Positions 51,291-60,596 of a stretch of 64,000 nucleotides of DNA are shown piece by piece (the stretch's first letter is position 1; each line of letters opens with the position of its first letter). The position numbers and the translations under genes are program-made. A model generated the notes under the pieces. The model was not told where the DNA came from. It was given only the letters and a program-made list of their open reading frames with translations, and did no database searches. Source of the DNA: Acidobacteriota bacterium (GTDB lineage Bacteria > Acidobacteriota > UBA4820 > DSQY01); contig JBMFSH010000010.1 in assembly GCA_049967655.1 (NCBI GenBank), positions 26,155 to 90,154 on the forward strand, written 5' to 3'.

Positions 51291-53233
51291 CGGAGCCGAA
51301 GAGCTGGGGACCTCAAGAGCTGACGAGTGCCGTGAAAAAGGCGGCCAAGGGGATGGCGGGCCTCGTGCTGGCCGCGGCCGCGCTGCCCATCCTGGCGGCT
51401 GGCCTTCCGCCGCAATACGCCGGGAGCCCCACCGCCAAGGACTATCCGCACGCCGACGTGCTCGTCCTCTCGGAGAGCCGCGACTTCACCTTTCTGCCCG
51501 ACGGGCGCCAGGTCGAGAAGGTCAGACGCGTGGAAAAGATCCTCACCTACCAAGGGATGGACGAGACGGGCGACCCGAAGGTCTCCTTTAACAAGAGGGA
51601 GCAGGAGCTCTCCATCGGCCGCTGCCGGACCTACACCGCCGACGGCCAAACCGTGGACGCCAAGGCCAACTCCTTCAACGAGATGACCCCCTTCGAGCTG
51701 GAGAGGGCTCCGGCCTACACCGACTGGCGGCAGATGGTCATCACCAAGGTGGGGCTGGACATCAACTGCGTCGTTGAGCTGGAGTACACCCTCACGGACA
51801 AGCGGCCGTGGCGCCGCTATCTGGAGGGGGTGGAGCGGTTCGAGGATCAGGACCCGGCCCTGGAGCGGAGCGTCTCCGTCACCGTGCCCGAGGGCACTGC
51901 GCTTCGCTACCGTCTCTTCAACGCCCAGGCGGAGCCCGTGGTGACCCGGACGGGCGGCGCCGTGACCACTACCTGGACCCTGCGCCGCGTCCCCCTTGCG
52001 CCTCCCGACGAGATGGGGTCTCAGGAGAGCGACTTCCTGCCCACGCTGGTGTTCACGACCTGTCCGGGCTGGGGACAGGAGTCATCGGCCATCGGCGGGC
52101 TGGTGGCCAAGGCGGAGGCGGCCACCTCGCCCCAGCTCACGAAGAAGGAAGAATCTCTCCTGACGGGCGTCCGAACCCCCTTCGAGAAGATTGTGGCGCT
52201 CAGCGCCTACGTGGCCGACGATATCAACACAGTACGCTGGCCGCTTCGGGACTTCGATTTCGCCCCCCGGGGTGCCGCCGAGGTCTACGACTCGGGTTAC
52301 GGCAACGCGCTGGACAAGGCCGTCCTCCTCTGCGCCATGCTCAAGGGGGCGGGGATCGGCGCGGCGATTTGGGCGGGGCGGCGGAGTGTGCCGGGCGGGC
52401 TCGATCCCGAACCGGTTCCCTGCATGGCCCAGATGAACGCGGTGCTGGTCCGGGTGGAGGGCGCCGGAGGCCCTCTCTGGCTCGACCCCACGGCCAGCCT
52501 GTCTCAACGATCGCAGCGGGACTTCGCCGGGTTCAAAGGCCTGCTCCTCGGGGGCGGCTCGGACGATCTGCAACCCCTGCCCCCCGTAGGCGGGACAGAC
52601 CGGCTCGAGGCCGACCTCGAAGCCACCGCCGCTGCCGACCTGTCCCTGGAGGGCAAAGGCCTGATCACCCTGTTGGGCCGCTACAGCCCCTTTTACGCGG
52701 TCCAGGGCGACGAGAAGGCTCAGCGGAGCTACCTTGCCGCCTTCGTGGAAGGTCTGCTTCCGGGGAGCGAACTGACGGACTGCGCGGTGGTGAGGCTGGA
52801 GCCGCAACAGGGCGTCTTCCGGGTCCTCTTCAAGACGCCGGCCCCCAAGGCCGAGGCCGGCATCCGCGCGCTCTCCACGGGGCTGCCGGGCGAATCCCTC
52901 CTGGCCCGGTATCCGTCGAGTTACCTTGGTGAGAGGACGATTCCCCTGGTGCTGAGGGGCAGCGGAAAGGAGCACTTCGTGCTGCGCATCACCCTCCCCG
53001 AGGGAGCCGGACCCCTCTACCTACCGAACCATGTCCAGGTCTCCAGCACGGCGGGAAACTTCACGCAGAGCTGGGGGGCCGACGGGAGGATTCTGACGAT
53101 GGACGCTGCGGCGGAGATCCCTGGAAGGATCATCCAGCCCAAGGATTATGAGGCCTGGAGGGATCTCTTCGGGATCGCCAACGCCCAGGCCGAGCGCTGG
53201 GTGCTGTTCGGGAGTGAGGAAGTGAGGAAGTGA
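51287..53233 (+). CDS. DUF3857 + degenerate transglutaminase-like protein
   Basis: ATGA overlap; GNALDKA, MNAV, WLDPT at the triad positions. Confidence 0.8.
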   Translation: MTEPKSWGPQELTSAVKKAAKGMAGLVLAAAALPILAAGLPPQYAGSPTAKDYPHADVLVLSESRDFTFLPDGRQVEKVRRVEKILTYQGMDETGDPKVSFNKREQELSIGRCRTYTADGQTVDAKANSFNEMTPFELERAPAYTDWRQMVITKVGLDINCVVELEYTLTDKRPWRRYLEGVERFEDQDPALERSVSVTVPEGTALRYRLFNAQAEPVVTRTGGAVTTTWTLRRVPLAPPDEMGSQESDFLPTLVFTTCPGWGQESSAIGGLVAKAEAATSPQLTKKEESLLTGVRTPFEKIVALSAYVADDINTVRWPLRDFDFAPRGAAEVYDSGYGNALDKAVLLCAMLKGAGIGAAIWAGRRSVPGGLDPEPVPCMAQMNAVLVRVEGAGGPLWLDPTASLSQRSQRDFAGFKGLLLGGGSDDLQPLPPVGGTDRLEADLEATAAADLSLEGKGLITLLGRYSPFYAVQGDEKAQRSYLAAFVEGLLPGSELTDCAVVRLEPQQGVFRVLFKTPAPKAEAGIRALSTGLPGESLLARYPSSYLGERTIPLVLRGSGKEHFVLRITLPEGAGPLYLPNHVQVSSTAGNFTQSWGADGRILTMDAAAEIPGRIIQPKDYEAWRDLFGIANAQAERWVLFGSEEVRK

Positions 53234-53255
53234 GGAAGTGAGGAAGTTGAGGAAG
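53213..53255. repeat. Tandem octamer (AGTGAGGA)n spanning the stop codon
   Basis: Read directly from the sequence. Confidence 0.85.
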
Positions 53256-53370
53256 ACGGCCTCGTGGGCCGCGTGCTTGCTCCCGCTGATCATCCCGCAT
53301 CCGGGTGGCCTCAAGATGAGATGGCTGAGAAGGGCGGGACGGTGACCAGGGGACCCGGCGGGACGGCGGC

Positions 53371-54129
53371 GTGAGCGGACCCTGGCTCTATCCGCTCCTG
53401 TTCGGCGTGGGCCTCTTCGCGGGCATGGTGGATTCGGTGGCCGGCGGGGGTGGGCTCATCACCATCCCGGCCTTCCTGGCCATGGGCCTCTCGCCCCAGG
53501 ACGCCCTCGGCACTAACAAGCTCCAGGCCTGCTTCGGCTCGGGCAGCGCCACTTTTCACTTCGCGAGGGCCAAGGAGGTGGATCTCAAAAGCTGCGGCCG
53601 GGCAATCCTTTTCACCGCCCTGGGCGCGGCGCTCGGGACGCTGACGGTCCAGTTGGCCAATCCCGGCTTCCTGAGGCAGCTCATTCCGGTGCTCCTGATC
53701 GCCATCGCCCTTTACACCTTGTTGACGCCCAGGCTGGGCCTGCAAGACGCCCGGCCCCGGATGGACACGGCCTCCTTCCACCTGCTCTTCGGCCTCGGGC
53801 TCGGCTTCTACGACGGCTTTTTCGGCCCCGGGGTGGGCTCCTTCTGGATCATCGCCTACGTCTCGCTGCTCGGCTTCAACATGAAGAAGGCCACGGCGAA
53901 CACGAAGGTGATGAACTTCACCAGCAACCTCACCTCGCTCCTCTTTTTCTTCATCGGCGGCCACGTCCTCGTGGTGAAGGCGCTGGCCATGGCCGCGGGG
54001 CAGCTCGTGGGCGCCAGGATCGGCGTGGGGCTGGTCCTGCAGCGCGGAGCTCGCTTCGTGCGCCCCGTCTTCCTCGCCGTGGCCTTCGCCATGGCCCTCA
54101 AGCTGTTGGTTCAGGCCTTTCACCCCTGA
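53371..54129 (+). CDS. TSUP family transporter (YfcA-like)
   Basis: DSVAGGGGLI, GTNKLQ, YDGFFGPG motifs. Confidence 0.92.
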   Translation: MSGPWLYPLLFGVGLFAGMVDSVAGGGGLITIPAFLAMGLSPQDALGTNKLQACFGSGSATFHFARAKEVDLKSCGRAILFTALGAALGTLTVQLANPGFLRQLIPVLLIAIALYTLLTPRLGLQDARPRMDTASFHLLFGLGLGFYDGFFGPGVGSFWIIAYVSLLGFNMKKATANTKVMNFTSNLTSLLFFFIGGHVLVVKALAMAAGQLVGARIGVGLVLQRGARFVRPVFLAVAFAMALKLLVQAFHP

Positions 54130-54192
54130 CGGCGCGGTGCGGCTGAGCGCCCTTGCCGGCAGGCCAGGGAACGTAAAGGAGCCGAGGGGGGC

Positions 54193-54690
54193 CTATCGCT
54201 TGAGTACCTCGACCACGGTGACCTGGCCGAAGAGCCACTTCCCGTGCCTCTTGTGGAGGGTACACTTCACCTCGTGGGTCTCGCTCACCGAGCCGCCGTC
54301 CGTGAGAGTCCCCGTGATACTGGCCGTAGCCGCCACCCGGGCCGTGTGCTCCTCGGGGAAGCGGATGTCCAGGTCGTAGAACTTCAGGGAGAGCTTGTTG
54401 AACCGGGCGCGGCCGGCGAAGTAGTAGCGGGTGATCTCCTGAGGCGTGACGGTGCCGCTGAGGTCGTACTTTGGAGCCTCCCAAGTGCACTCAGGAGCAA
54501 AGAACTCGTCGGCCTTGGTCGCCTCGTTCACCAGGGTCAGGTTGCCCTCGGGTCCGTCCTTGGAGACCCACTCCGAGAGGGAGCTGAACTGCCGTTTCAC
54601 CTGCCGGGTGCGCGAGGGGAAAAGGGTCCAGACGGCCCAGGCCGCCAGAAGAACGGCCAGAGCGGCGAGGACCTTCTTGCGTGTTACCAT
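54193..54690 (-). CDS. Membrane-anchored hypothetical protein, possibly NTF2-like fold
   Basis: N-terminal TM helix, beta-rich C-terminus ending in GKWL; overlaps the lepB stop. Confidence 0.6.
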   Translation of the reverse strand: MVTRKKVLAALAVLLAAWAVWTLFPSRTRQVKRQFSSLSEWVSKDGPEGNLTLVNEATKADEFFAPECTWEAPKYDLSGTVTPQEITRYYFAGRARFNKLSLKFYDLDIRFPEEHTARVAATASITGTLTDGGSVSETHEVKCTLHKRHGKWLFGQVTVVEVLKR

Positions 54691-55178
54691 AGGGGAACTC
54701 CCACAATCCGCCGGAGCGACACCTGGCCGAAGTCGTGCTGCTCCATGGGCATGCTCCGGTTGTCGCCGACGACGTAGACGTGACCCGGCTCCACCGTTCG
54801 GGGTGGAAGGTTCCAATCGCAGGGCCCCTTCACGTAGGGCTCCGCCACGGGACGGCCGTCCACCAGGAGCACGCCCTCCTTGAATGCCACCGTCTGTCCC
54901 GCCAGCGCCACGATGCGCTTGAGGTAGACCACGTCCTCGCCCGCCAGGCGGATGGCCACCACGTCGCCGCACCGCGGTTTCGAGTAGAGGTAGTGGGGCT
55001 TCCAGAGGAAGTCGAACCCGCCGTCGCGATAGGTGTTTTCCATGCTCTTTCCCCGGATCACGAAAGGGGTGCAGACGAAGCCGAAGAAGCCGTAGGCGCT
55101 GAGCGCCACCAGGACCACCCGGAGCAGGTAGGCGGGGGTGAGGGAGGGGAAGAGAAAGCGCCGCAGCCGTTCGTCCAT
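54684..55178 (-). CDS. lepB: Signal peptidase I
   Basis: GKSM, YLKRIVA, GDNR motifs. Confidence 0.88.
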   Translation of the reverse strand: MDERLRRFLFPSLTPAYLLRVVLVALSAYGFFGFVCTPFVIRGKSMENTYRDGGFDFLWKPHYLYSKPRCGDVVAIRLAGEDVVYLKRIVALAGQTVAFKEGVLLVDGRPVAEPYVKGPCDWNLPPRTVEPGHVYVVGDNRSMPMEQHDFGQVSLRRIVGVPLW

Positions 55179-55316
55179 CCGAATGGGCCAGCCTTCAGCT
55201 CCCATGGTAGTTGAGGGAGATCTACCGCGGCAAGGGGGGAGGATGATTGCGGGTGATGGATAGTTGCGGCATGAATCCCAAACCACAAATCCAAAGCCGC
55301 AATCCTCAATTTCTTC

Positions 55317-55340
55317 GTGCCTTGGTGTCTTGGTGGTGAA
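55317..55340 (-). repeat. Dispersed repeat TTC-ACCACCAAGACACCAAGGCAC, copy 2
   Basis: 21 nt identical to 30791-30811, opposite strand. Confidence 0.85.
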
Positions 55341-55421
55341 TCTTTGTTCTTACTGGTTCGGCTTTGCGAATACCGAAAAGCTCGCCGCTGTGCTATCCTT
55401 CTCACTTCGCGGAGGTTTCCC

Positions 55422-56195
55422 ATGACCGAAGACACCTTGGTGATCGCGGGACGACGGTTTTCGAGCCGGCTCTTTCTAGGGACCGGGAAATACAAGGACA
55501 ACGAGACCATGGCGGCGGCCTTGGAGGCCTCGGGGGCCGAGGTGATCACCGTTGCCGTCAGACGCGTGGAGCTGGACCGGAGCAAGGCCTCCATGCTCGA
55601 TTTCATCGATCCCAAGCGCTACTTCCTGCTCCCCAACACGGCCGGCTGCACCACGGCCGACGAGGCCGTCCGGACCGCCCGCCTGGGGCGCGAAGTGGGC
55701 CTCTCCAACTGGGTCAAGCTGGAGGTGATCGGCGACGAGAGGACCCTCTTCCCCGACAACGAGGGTCTGCTCGAAGCCACCCGGACCCTCGTGAAGGAGG
55801 GTTTCGTGGTGCTTCCCTACACCAACGACGACCTGGTGAACGCCAAGAAGCTGAGGGACGCGGGCGCCGCCGCCGTCATGCCCCTGGGCGCGCCGATCGG
55901 GTCGGGCATGGGCATCCAGAATCCCACCAACATCTCCATCATCAAGGAGTTCATGGACGTTCCCGTGATCGTGGACGCCGGCGTGGGCACGGCCAGCGAC
56001 GCCTGCCGCGCCATGGAGCTGGGCGTGGACGGGGTTCTCATGAACACGGGGGTGGCCGGCGCCAGGGACGCCGTCCTCATGGCCGCCGCCATGAACAAGG
56101 CCGTGCGGGCCGGGCGCGAAGCCTTCCTGGCGGGCCGCATCCCCATGAAGCGCTACGCCACCGCCTCCAGCCCCGCCGAGGGCCTGGTTCGCTGA
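55422..56195 (+). CDS. thiG: Thiazole synthase
   Basis: GTGKY, LPNTAGC, KLEV, VDAGVG motifs. Confidence 0.96.
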   Translation: MTEDTLVIAGRRFSSRLFLGTGKYKDNETMAAALEASGAEVITVAVRRVELDRSKASMLDFIDPKRYFLLPNTAGCTTADEAVRTARLGREVGLSNWVKLEVIGDERTLFPDNEGLLEATRTLVKEGFVVLPYTNDDLVNAKKLRDAGAAAVMPLGAPIGSGMGIQNPTNISIIKEFMDVPVIVDAGVGTASDACRAMELGVDGVLMNTGVAGARDAVLMAAAMNKAVRAGREAFLAGRIPMKRYATASSPAEGLVR

Positions 56196-56303
56196 GGAGG
56201 CTTGACGGGGCTCCGAGGGGCCCCAATCCGGGATGGCCCCGGATCGGTACGGTTGTGCATCGCGGTCTGGCGACCGCTCCTACTCAAAGAAGGGGAGATG
56301 CCC

Positions 56304-57443
56304 ATGATCAGCTACGAACTCTCGAAGGAACAGCTGGCACTGGTGGAGAAGAGCAAGGACTTCGCCGACCGCGTCATGCGCCCGGTGGCGCGGCAGTACG
56401 ACGAGTCCTGCGAGTTTCCGTGGCCCGTCGTCCAGAAGGCCTACGAGGAGGGGATCGTCAACGGCGCCATCCCGAAGGAGTACGGCGGGGCGGGCCACAG
56501 CTCTCTGGAGGGATGCCTCGCGAGCGAGGAGCTGGGCGCGGCCTGCTCGGGCATCGGCATCTGCATCGACGCCAACAACCTGGCCCTCACGCCGCTCCTG
56601 GTGGGCGGTAGCGACGAACTGAAGAAACGGATCTTCGGGCAGCTCGTGGAGAGCCGCGGATTGGCGGCCTTCTGCCTGACCGAACCCGAGGCCGGCTCCG
56701 ATGCGGGGGCGGTGAAAACCACGGCCGTGCGACAGGGCGACAAGTACGTCATCAACGGCAAGAAGCGCTTCATCACCAACGGCAAACAGGCCATGATCCA
56801 CACGGTCTTCTGCAACACCGATCCGGGGCGCGGCGCCCGGGGCATGTCCGCCATCGTGGTGCCTACCGACACGCCCGGTGTGGTCATCGGCCGCGAGCTG
56901 CCCAAGATGGGCCAGCGCGCCTCCTGCCAGGTGGAGATCGAGTACCACGACGTGGCGGTCCCGGTGGAGAACGTGATCGGCAAGGAGAACCAGGGCTTTA
57001 TCATCGCCATGAAGACCTTCAACCGCACGAGGGCCGGCGTGGCGGCGGCGGCGGTGGGGATGGCGCGGGAGGCCTACGACGTGGCGAAGGCGTGGGCGCT
57101 CAAGCGGCGGCAGTTCGACCAGCCCATCGTAGCCTTCCAGGGCATCTCCTTCATGTTTGCGGAGATGCTCACCAAGATCACGGCGAGCCGCTTCCTCGTC
57201 TGGAACGCGGCCATCCTGACGGACCAGGACAAGGAGGTCGGCACCTACAGCGCCATGGCCAAGTATTACGCCACCGACACGGCCATGGAGGTGGCCACCA
57301 ACGCGGTCCAAATCATGGGCGGCGACGGCTACTCCAAGGACTTCATCGTCGAGAAGATCATGCGCGACGCCAAGCTCTCGCAGATCTACGAGGGGACCAA
57401 CCAGGTCCAGCGCTTCGTCATCGCCAAAAACACTCTGAAGTAG
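56304..57443 (+). CDS. Acyl-CoA dehydrogenase (short/medium-chain type)
   Basis: FCLTEPEAGSD, QIYEGTNQVQ motifs. Confidence 0.94.
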   Translation: MISYELSKEQLALVEKSKDFADRVMRPVARQYDESCEFPWPVVQKAYEEGIVNGAIPKEYGGAGHSSLEGCLASEELGAACSGIGICIDANNLALTPLLVGGSDELKKRIFGQLVESRGLAAFCLTEPEAGSDAGAVKTTAVRQGDKYVINGKKRFITNGKQAMIHTVFCNTDPGRGARGMSAIVVPTDTPGVVIGRELPKMGQRASCQVEIEYHDVAVPVENVIGKENQGFIIAMKTFNRTRAGVAAAAVGMAREAYDVAKAWALKRRQFDQPIVAFQGISFMFAEMLTKITASRFLVWNAAILTDQDKEVGTYSAMAKYYATDTAMEVATNAVQIMGGDGYSKDFIVEKIMRDAKLSQIYEGTNQVQRFVIAKNTLK

Positions 57444-57579
57444 CCTTTGGAAGGACGAGATGAGGTGATGAGGTGACGCAGAAAAGCTCCAGATGGCGGC
57501 CTTCGTCCCGGCCGATTGGGGCCGCTTTCCGTCCCTCATCCCCCGTCCCGGCCCTCAGCGACCCCCTTCGTGAGGTGAC

Positions 57580-59094
57580 ATGAACTATCCCGTTTGGTGG
57601 GTGCCCTTCGGCTCTCAGTGGCTGATCATCGTCGTCGGCGTGATCCACGTCTTCCTCGCCCAGTTCGCGGTGGGGGGAGGCTTCCTGCTGGTGGCGGCGG
57701 AGAGTTGGGCGCACCGGCACGAGGACCAGGCCCTCCTGGACTGGCTCATGCGCCAGACAAGGGTCTTCGCCTTCATTACTCTCGTCTTCGGCGCCACCAC
57801 CGGCGTGGGCATCTGGTTCACCATCGGCCTCATCAGCCCCCAGGCCACCAGCGATCTGATCCACCTCTTCGTCTGGGCCTGGGCGATTGAGTGGGTCTTC
57901 TTCGTGGTGGAGATCCTGTCGGTCATCGTCTACGCCCGCACCTGGGGCAGGCTTCCCCGGCGGACGCACCGCATCATCGGCTGGATCTACTTCGCCTCCG
58001 CCTTCTTGAGCATGGTGGCCATCGACGGCATCCTGGCCTTCCAGCTCGCGCCGGGTGCCTGGCCGAAGAGTCGGTCGCTCGCCTCCGCCTTCTTCAACCC
58101 GAACCTGCTGCCCTCGCTCGCCGTCCGCTGCCTGCTCTGCCTTATGCTGGGAGGGCTGTGGGCTCTGGCCTCGGCCTCGTTCAGCAGGGACCGCATCCTC
58201 AGAGCCGAGGTGGCCCGCTTCGCTTCGGGCTGGGTCTGGATCCCCGCCCTGCTCATGGGGCCGGCCTGCTTCTGGTTCGCCCAGATGCTGCCGAGGGCGA
58301 ACCGGAAGCTCTGGGACTTCACGCCGACCATGCAGAGCCAGACGTGGAGCCTGGCCGCCTGCCTCGGCTTTCTCGCCTTTCTGGGCTTCGCCGTGCTCTG
58401 GTTCAGGCCCAAGAACCTCTCCAAAGGCCTGGCTCTTCTCATGCTCCTGGTGGGGTTTGCCGTGGTGGGGCTCTTCGAGTGGCAGAGGGAGCAGTTGCGG
58501 GACCCCTACCTCGTGACAGGGCGGGTCTACTCCAACGGGATTTCGGTGGAGGACTACCCGCTCCTCAAGCAGCGGGGGCTGCTCGCTTCGGCGCGCTGGC
58601 TCCCGCCGCGCTTGGACGAGGCCAAAGGCGCGGTGGAGGAGGGGAGGGAGCTCTTCCGCGTGGCCTGCTCCTCCTGCCACGCCGTAAGGCGCGGGCTCAA
58701 CGCGCTGGCGCCGGCGATCCGCGGGATGGATCAGCCCTACCTGGCGGCTCTGGTGCTGCGCACCGACCTCATCTGGCCGGGCATGCCGCCCTTCCCCGGC
58801 AAGGCCCCCGACGCCAGGGCCATCGCGGCCTACCTCGCGGCCCGGGCCGGCCAGGCGCCAGCCCCGAGTGGCGGTGCCGCCATCTGGCGCATGCGCTGCG
58901 GGGTCTGCCACACCCTCAACGGCGCCTTCCGCCCCGTTCTTCCGACGGTGAAAGGAATGGGGCCCAAAGACATCTCGGACCTCATCGCCTCCATCGAGGT
59001 CATGAATAGCGCCATGCCCCACTGGAGCGGGACGGACGCCGAGCGCGAGAGCCTGGCGAACTACTTGGCGGCGCAGGAAGGGGGCAAGCCATGA
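57580..59094 (+). CDS. Cytochrome bd subunit I (CydA)-like membrane protein fused to two c-type heme domains
   Basis: IHVF, GATTG, IEWVFF, EWQREQLRDPY; CSSCH and CGVCH motifs. Confidence 0.75.
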   Translation: MNYPVWWVPFGSQWLIIVVGVIHVFLAQFAVGGGFLLVAAESWAHRHEDQALLDWLMRQTRVFAFITLVFGATTGVGIWFTIGLISPQATSDLIHLFVWAWAIEWVFFVVEILSVIVYARTWGRLPRRTHRIIGWIYFASAFLSMVAIDGILAFQLAPGAWPKSRSLASAFFNPNLLPSLAVRCLLCLMLGGLWALASASFSRDRILRAEVARFASGWVWIPALLMGPACFWFAQMLPRANRKLWDFTPTMQSQTWSLAACLGFLAFLGFAVLWFRPKNLSKGLALLMLLVGFAVVGLFEWQREQLRDPYLVTGRVYSNGISVEDYPLLKQRGLLASARWLPPRLDEAKGAVEEGRELFRVACSSCHAVRRGLNALAPAIRGMDQPYLAALVLRTDLIWPGMPPFPGKAPDARAIAAYLAARAGQAPAPSGGAAIWRMRCGVCHTLNGAFRPVLPTVKGMGPKDISDLIASIEVMNSAMPHWSGTDAERESLANYLAAQEGGKP

Positions 59095-60335
59095 CGCCCA
59101 TGTTGCCCTTTTTCGGCACCCTGCCACTGCCCGCTCCGGTCTGGCTCCTGAAGGCGCTTCTACTCCTGACCTTCATCGTGCACCTGCTCTTCATGAACCT
59201 CATGGCCGGCGGCAATTTGCTCGCGGCCATCTTCGCCTTCAAGGGCAAGCCACGGCACCTGGACGCCGCTCGGGGCCTCGTCCGCATCATGCCCTACGCC
59301 ACGGCCTTCACCATCGTCTTCGGGGTGGCGCCGCTCCTCTTCATCCAAGTGCTTTACGGCCCGCTCTTTTACACCAGCGCGATCCTCATCGGAACCCCCT
59401 TTCTCCTGTCCATTCCCGTCATCATGTTGGCCTACGCCCTCATGTACCTGGCGGCCTACCGCTGGGACAGACTGAAGCGCTCGCGGCCGTGGCTGCCCCT
59501 CCTGAACTTCCTGCTGCTGGGCTACGTGGGTTTCATCATGACCAGCCTGAGCACGCTCATGCTCGCCCCGGACGGGTTCAAGGAGAAGTACCTCGCCCAT
59601 CCCGGCGGCTGGCAGCTCAACATGGCCGAGCCCACGCTCGTTCCGCGCTTCCTCCACATGATGATAGGCGCGGTCGCGGTGGCGGGACTCTACATCGCCA
59701 TCCGCGGAGCGCGTCGGCTGCGCCTGGAGCCCGAACAGGGCCGCTGGCAGTACCGGAGCGGTGCCACCTGGTTCGCCGGTGCCACACTCGTCAACATGGC
59801 CGTAGGAGTCTGGTGGCTTCTCGCCCTGCCCAAAGAGCAGATGATGACGCTCATGGGCGGCAACCTCACGGCCTCCATCTCCTTCGGCGTCGCGCTGCTG
59901 GGCGCGCTGCTCGCCCTCTGCGGGGCGCTCCTGGGCATCAACTCCGTCAAGCCCGGCCCCTACCTCTGGGGGACGGCCGCGTCGCTGGTAGCCGTTTTAG
60001 TCGGCATGGCTGTGATGCGGGACGCTCTCAGGGACGCCGCCCTCCGGTCCGACTACGTGGTGCAAGCGCTGCCCGTGGGCTCCCAGTGGGGTGCCATCCT
60101 TCTCTTTGCCCTCCTGCTGGTGGCGGGCGCATGGGTCTGCGGGTGGCTCCTCAAACAGCAGAAGATCGCCGGCGCCGAAAGCCAGCCCAGGCCGCCCGCC
60201 CCAGGCCTCACCGATTCCGGTATCCGGCGCCTAGGCCCCATGGACTCCCGGACCGGGATGCCCGCCGCAACGGACGCGGGGGCTCACAGGCTACCGCCCA
60301 GCTCCTCGGGCCCGCACCGCTTGATAGACGAGTAG
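59091..60335 (+). CDS. Partner membrane protein, second CydA-like paralog
   Basis: ATGA overlap; FIVHLLF, GVAPLLF, PRFLH; many TM segments. Confidence 0.65.
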   Translation: MTPMLPFFGTLPLPAPVWLLKALLLLTFIVHLLFMNLMAGGNLLAAIFAFKGKPRHLDAARGLVRIMPYATAFTIVFGVAPLLFIQVLYGPLFYTSAILIGTPFLLSIPVIMLAYALMYLAAYRWDRLKRSRPWLPLLNFLLLGYVGFIMTSLSTLMLAPDGFKEKYLAHPGGWQLNMAEPTLVPRFLHMMIGAVAVAGLYIAIRGARRLRLEPEQGRWQYRSGATWFAGATLVNMAVGVWWLLALPKEQMMTLMGGNLTASISFGVALLGALLALCGALLGINSVKPGPYLWGTAASLVAVLVGMAVMRDALRDAALRSDYVVQALPVGSQWGAILLFALLLVAGAWVCGWLLKQQKIAGAESQPRPPAPGLTDSGIRRLGPMDSRTGMPAATDAGAHRLPPSSSGPHRLIDE

Positions 60336-60347
60336 AAGCCCGGTCTA

Positions 60348-60376
60348 TTGACTCACTCCCGCACCGGGCCTAAGAT
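60348..60376 (+). promoter_or_regulatory. Sigma70 promoter TTGACT-N17-TAAGAT upstream of tatA
   Basis: Near-consensus hexamers at canonical spacing. Confidence 0.6.
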
Positions 60377-60596
60377 ACGGGCATCGTCCCGGGCCGCCAG
60401 ACAGTCCCGCCTGGCGCCCGAGGAGAACACGGAGAGACGTCCCCAGGTGCGTGTCGCCGCCACGGCCCTCAGGACCACCCGGAAATGAGTCCGAAGCGCC
60501 CCCCAGCCCCCCGCACTGCACCTCCGCCAGCCGTCGGCGGCCCGGTGGCGGCAGTGCCTTCGTCTGCCAGCCGTTAGACTGGCGCGGGAGATTCGA

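Noticed and set aside
49308..53233. Transglutaminase pair and the ATP-grasp ligase (5776-7032) as one peptide-tagging system
   Set aside because: Over 40 kb apart, and predicted exported versus cytoplasmic; no linkage evidence
60420..60520. Glycine or cobalamin riboswitch upstream of tatA
   Set aside because: Only fragments match (GGAGAGA, CTCAGG, CCCGCACTG); core motifs are missing or out of order
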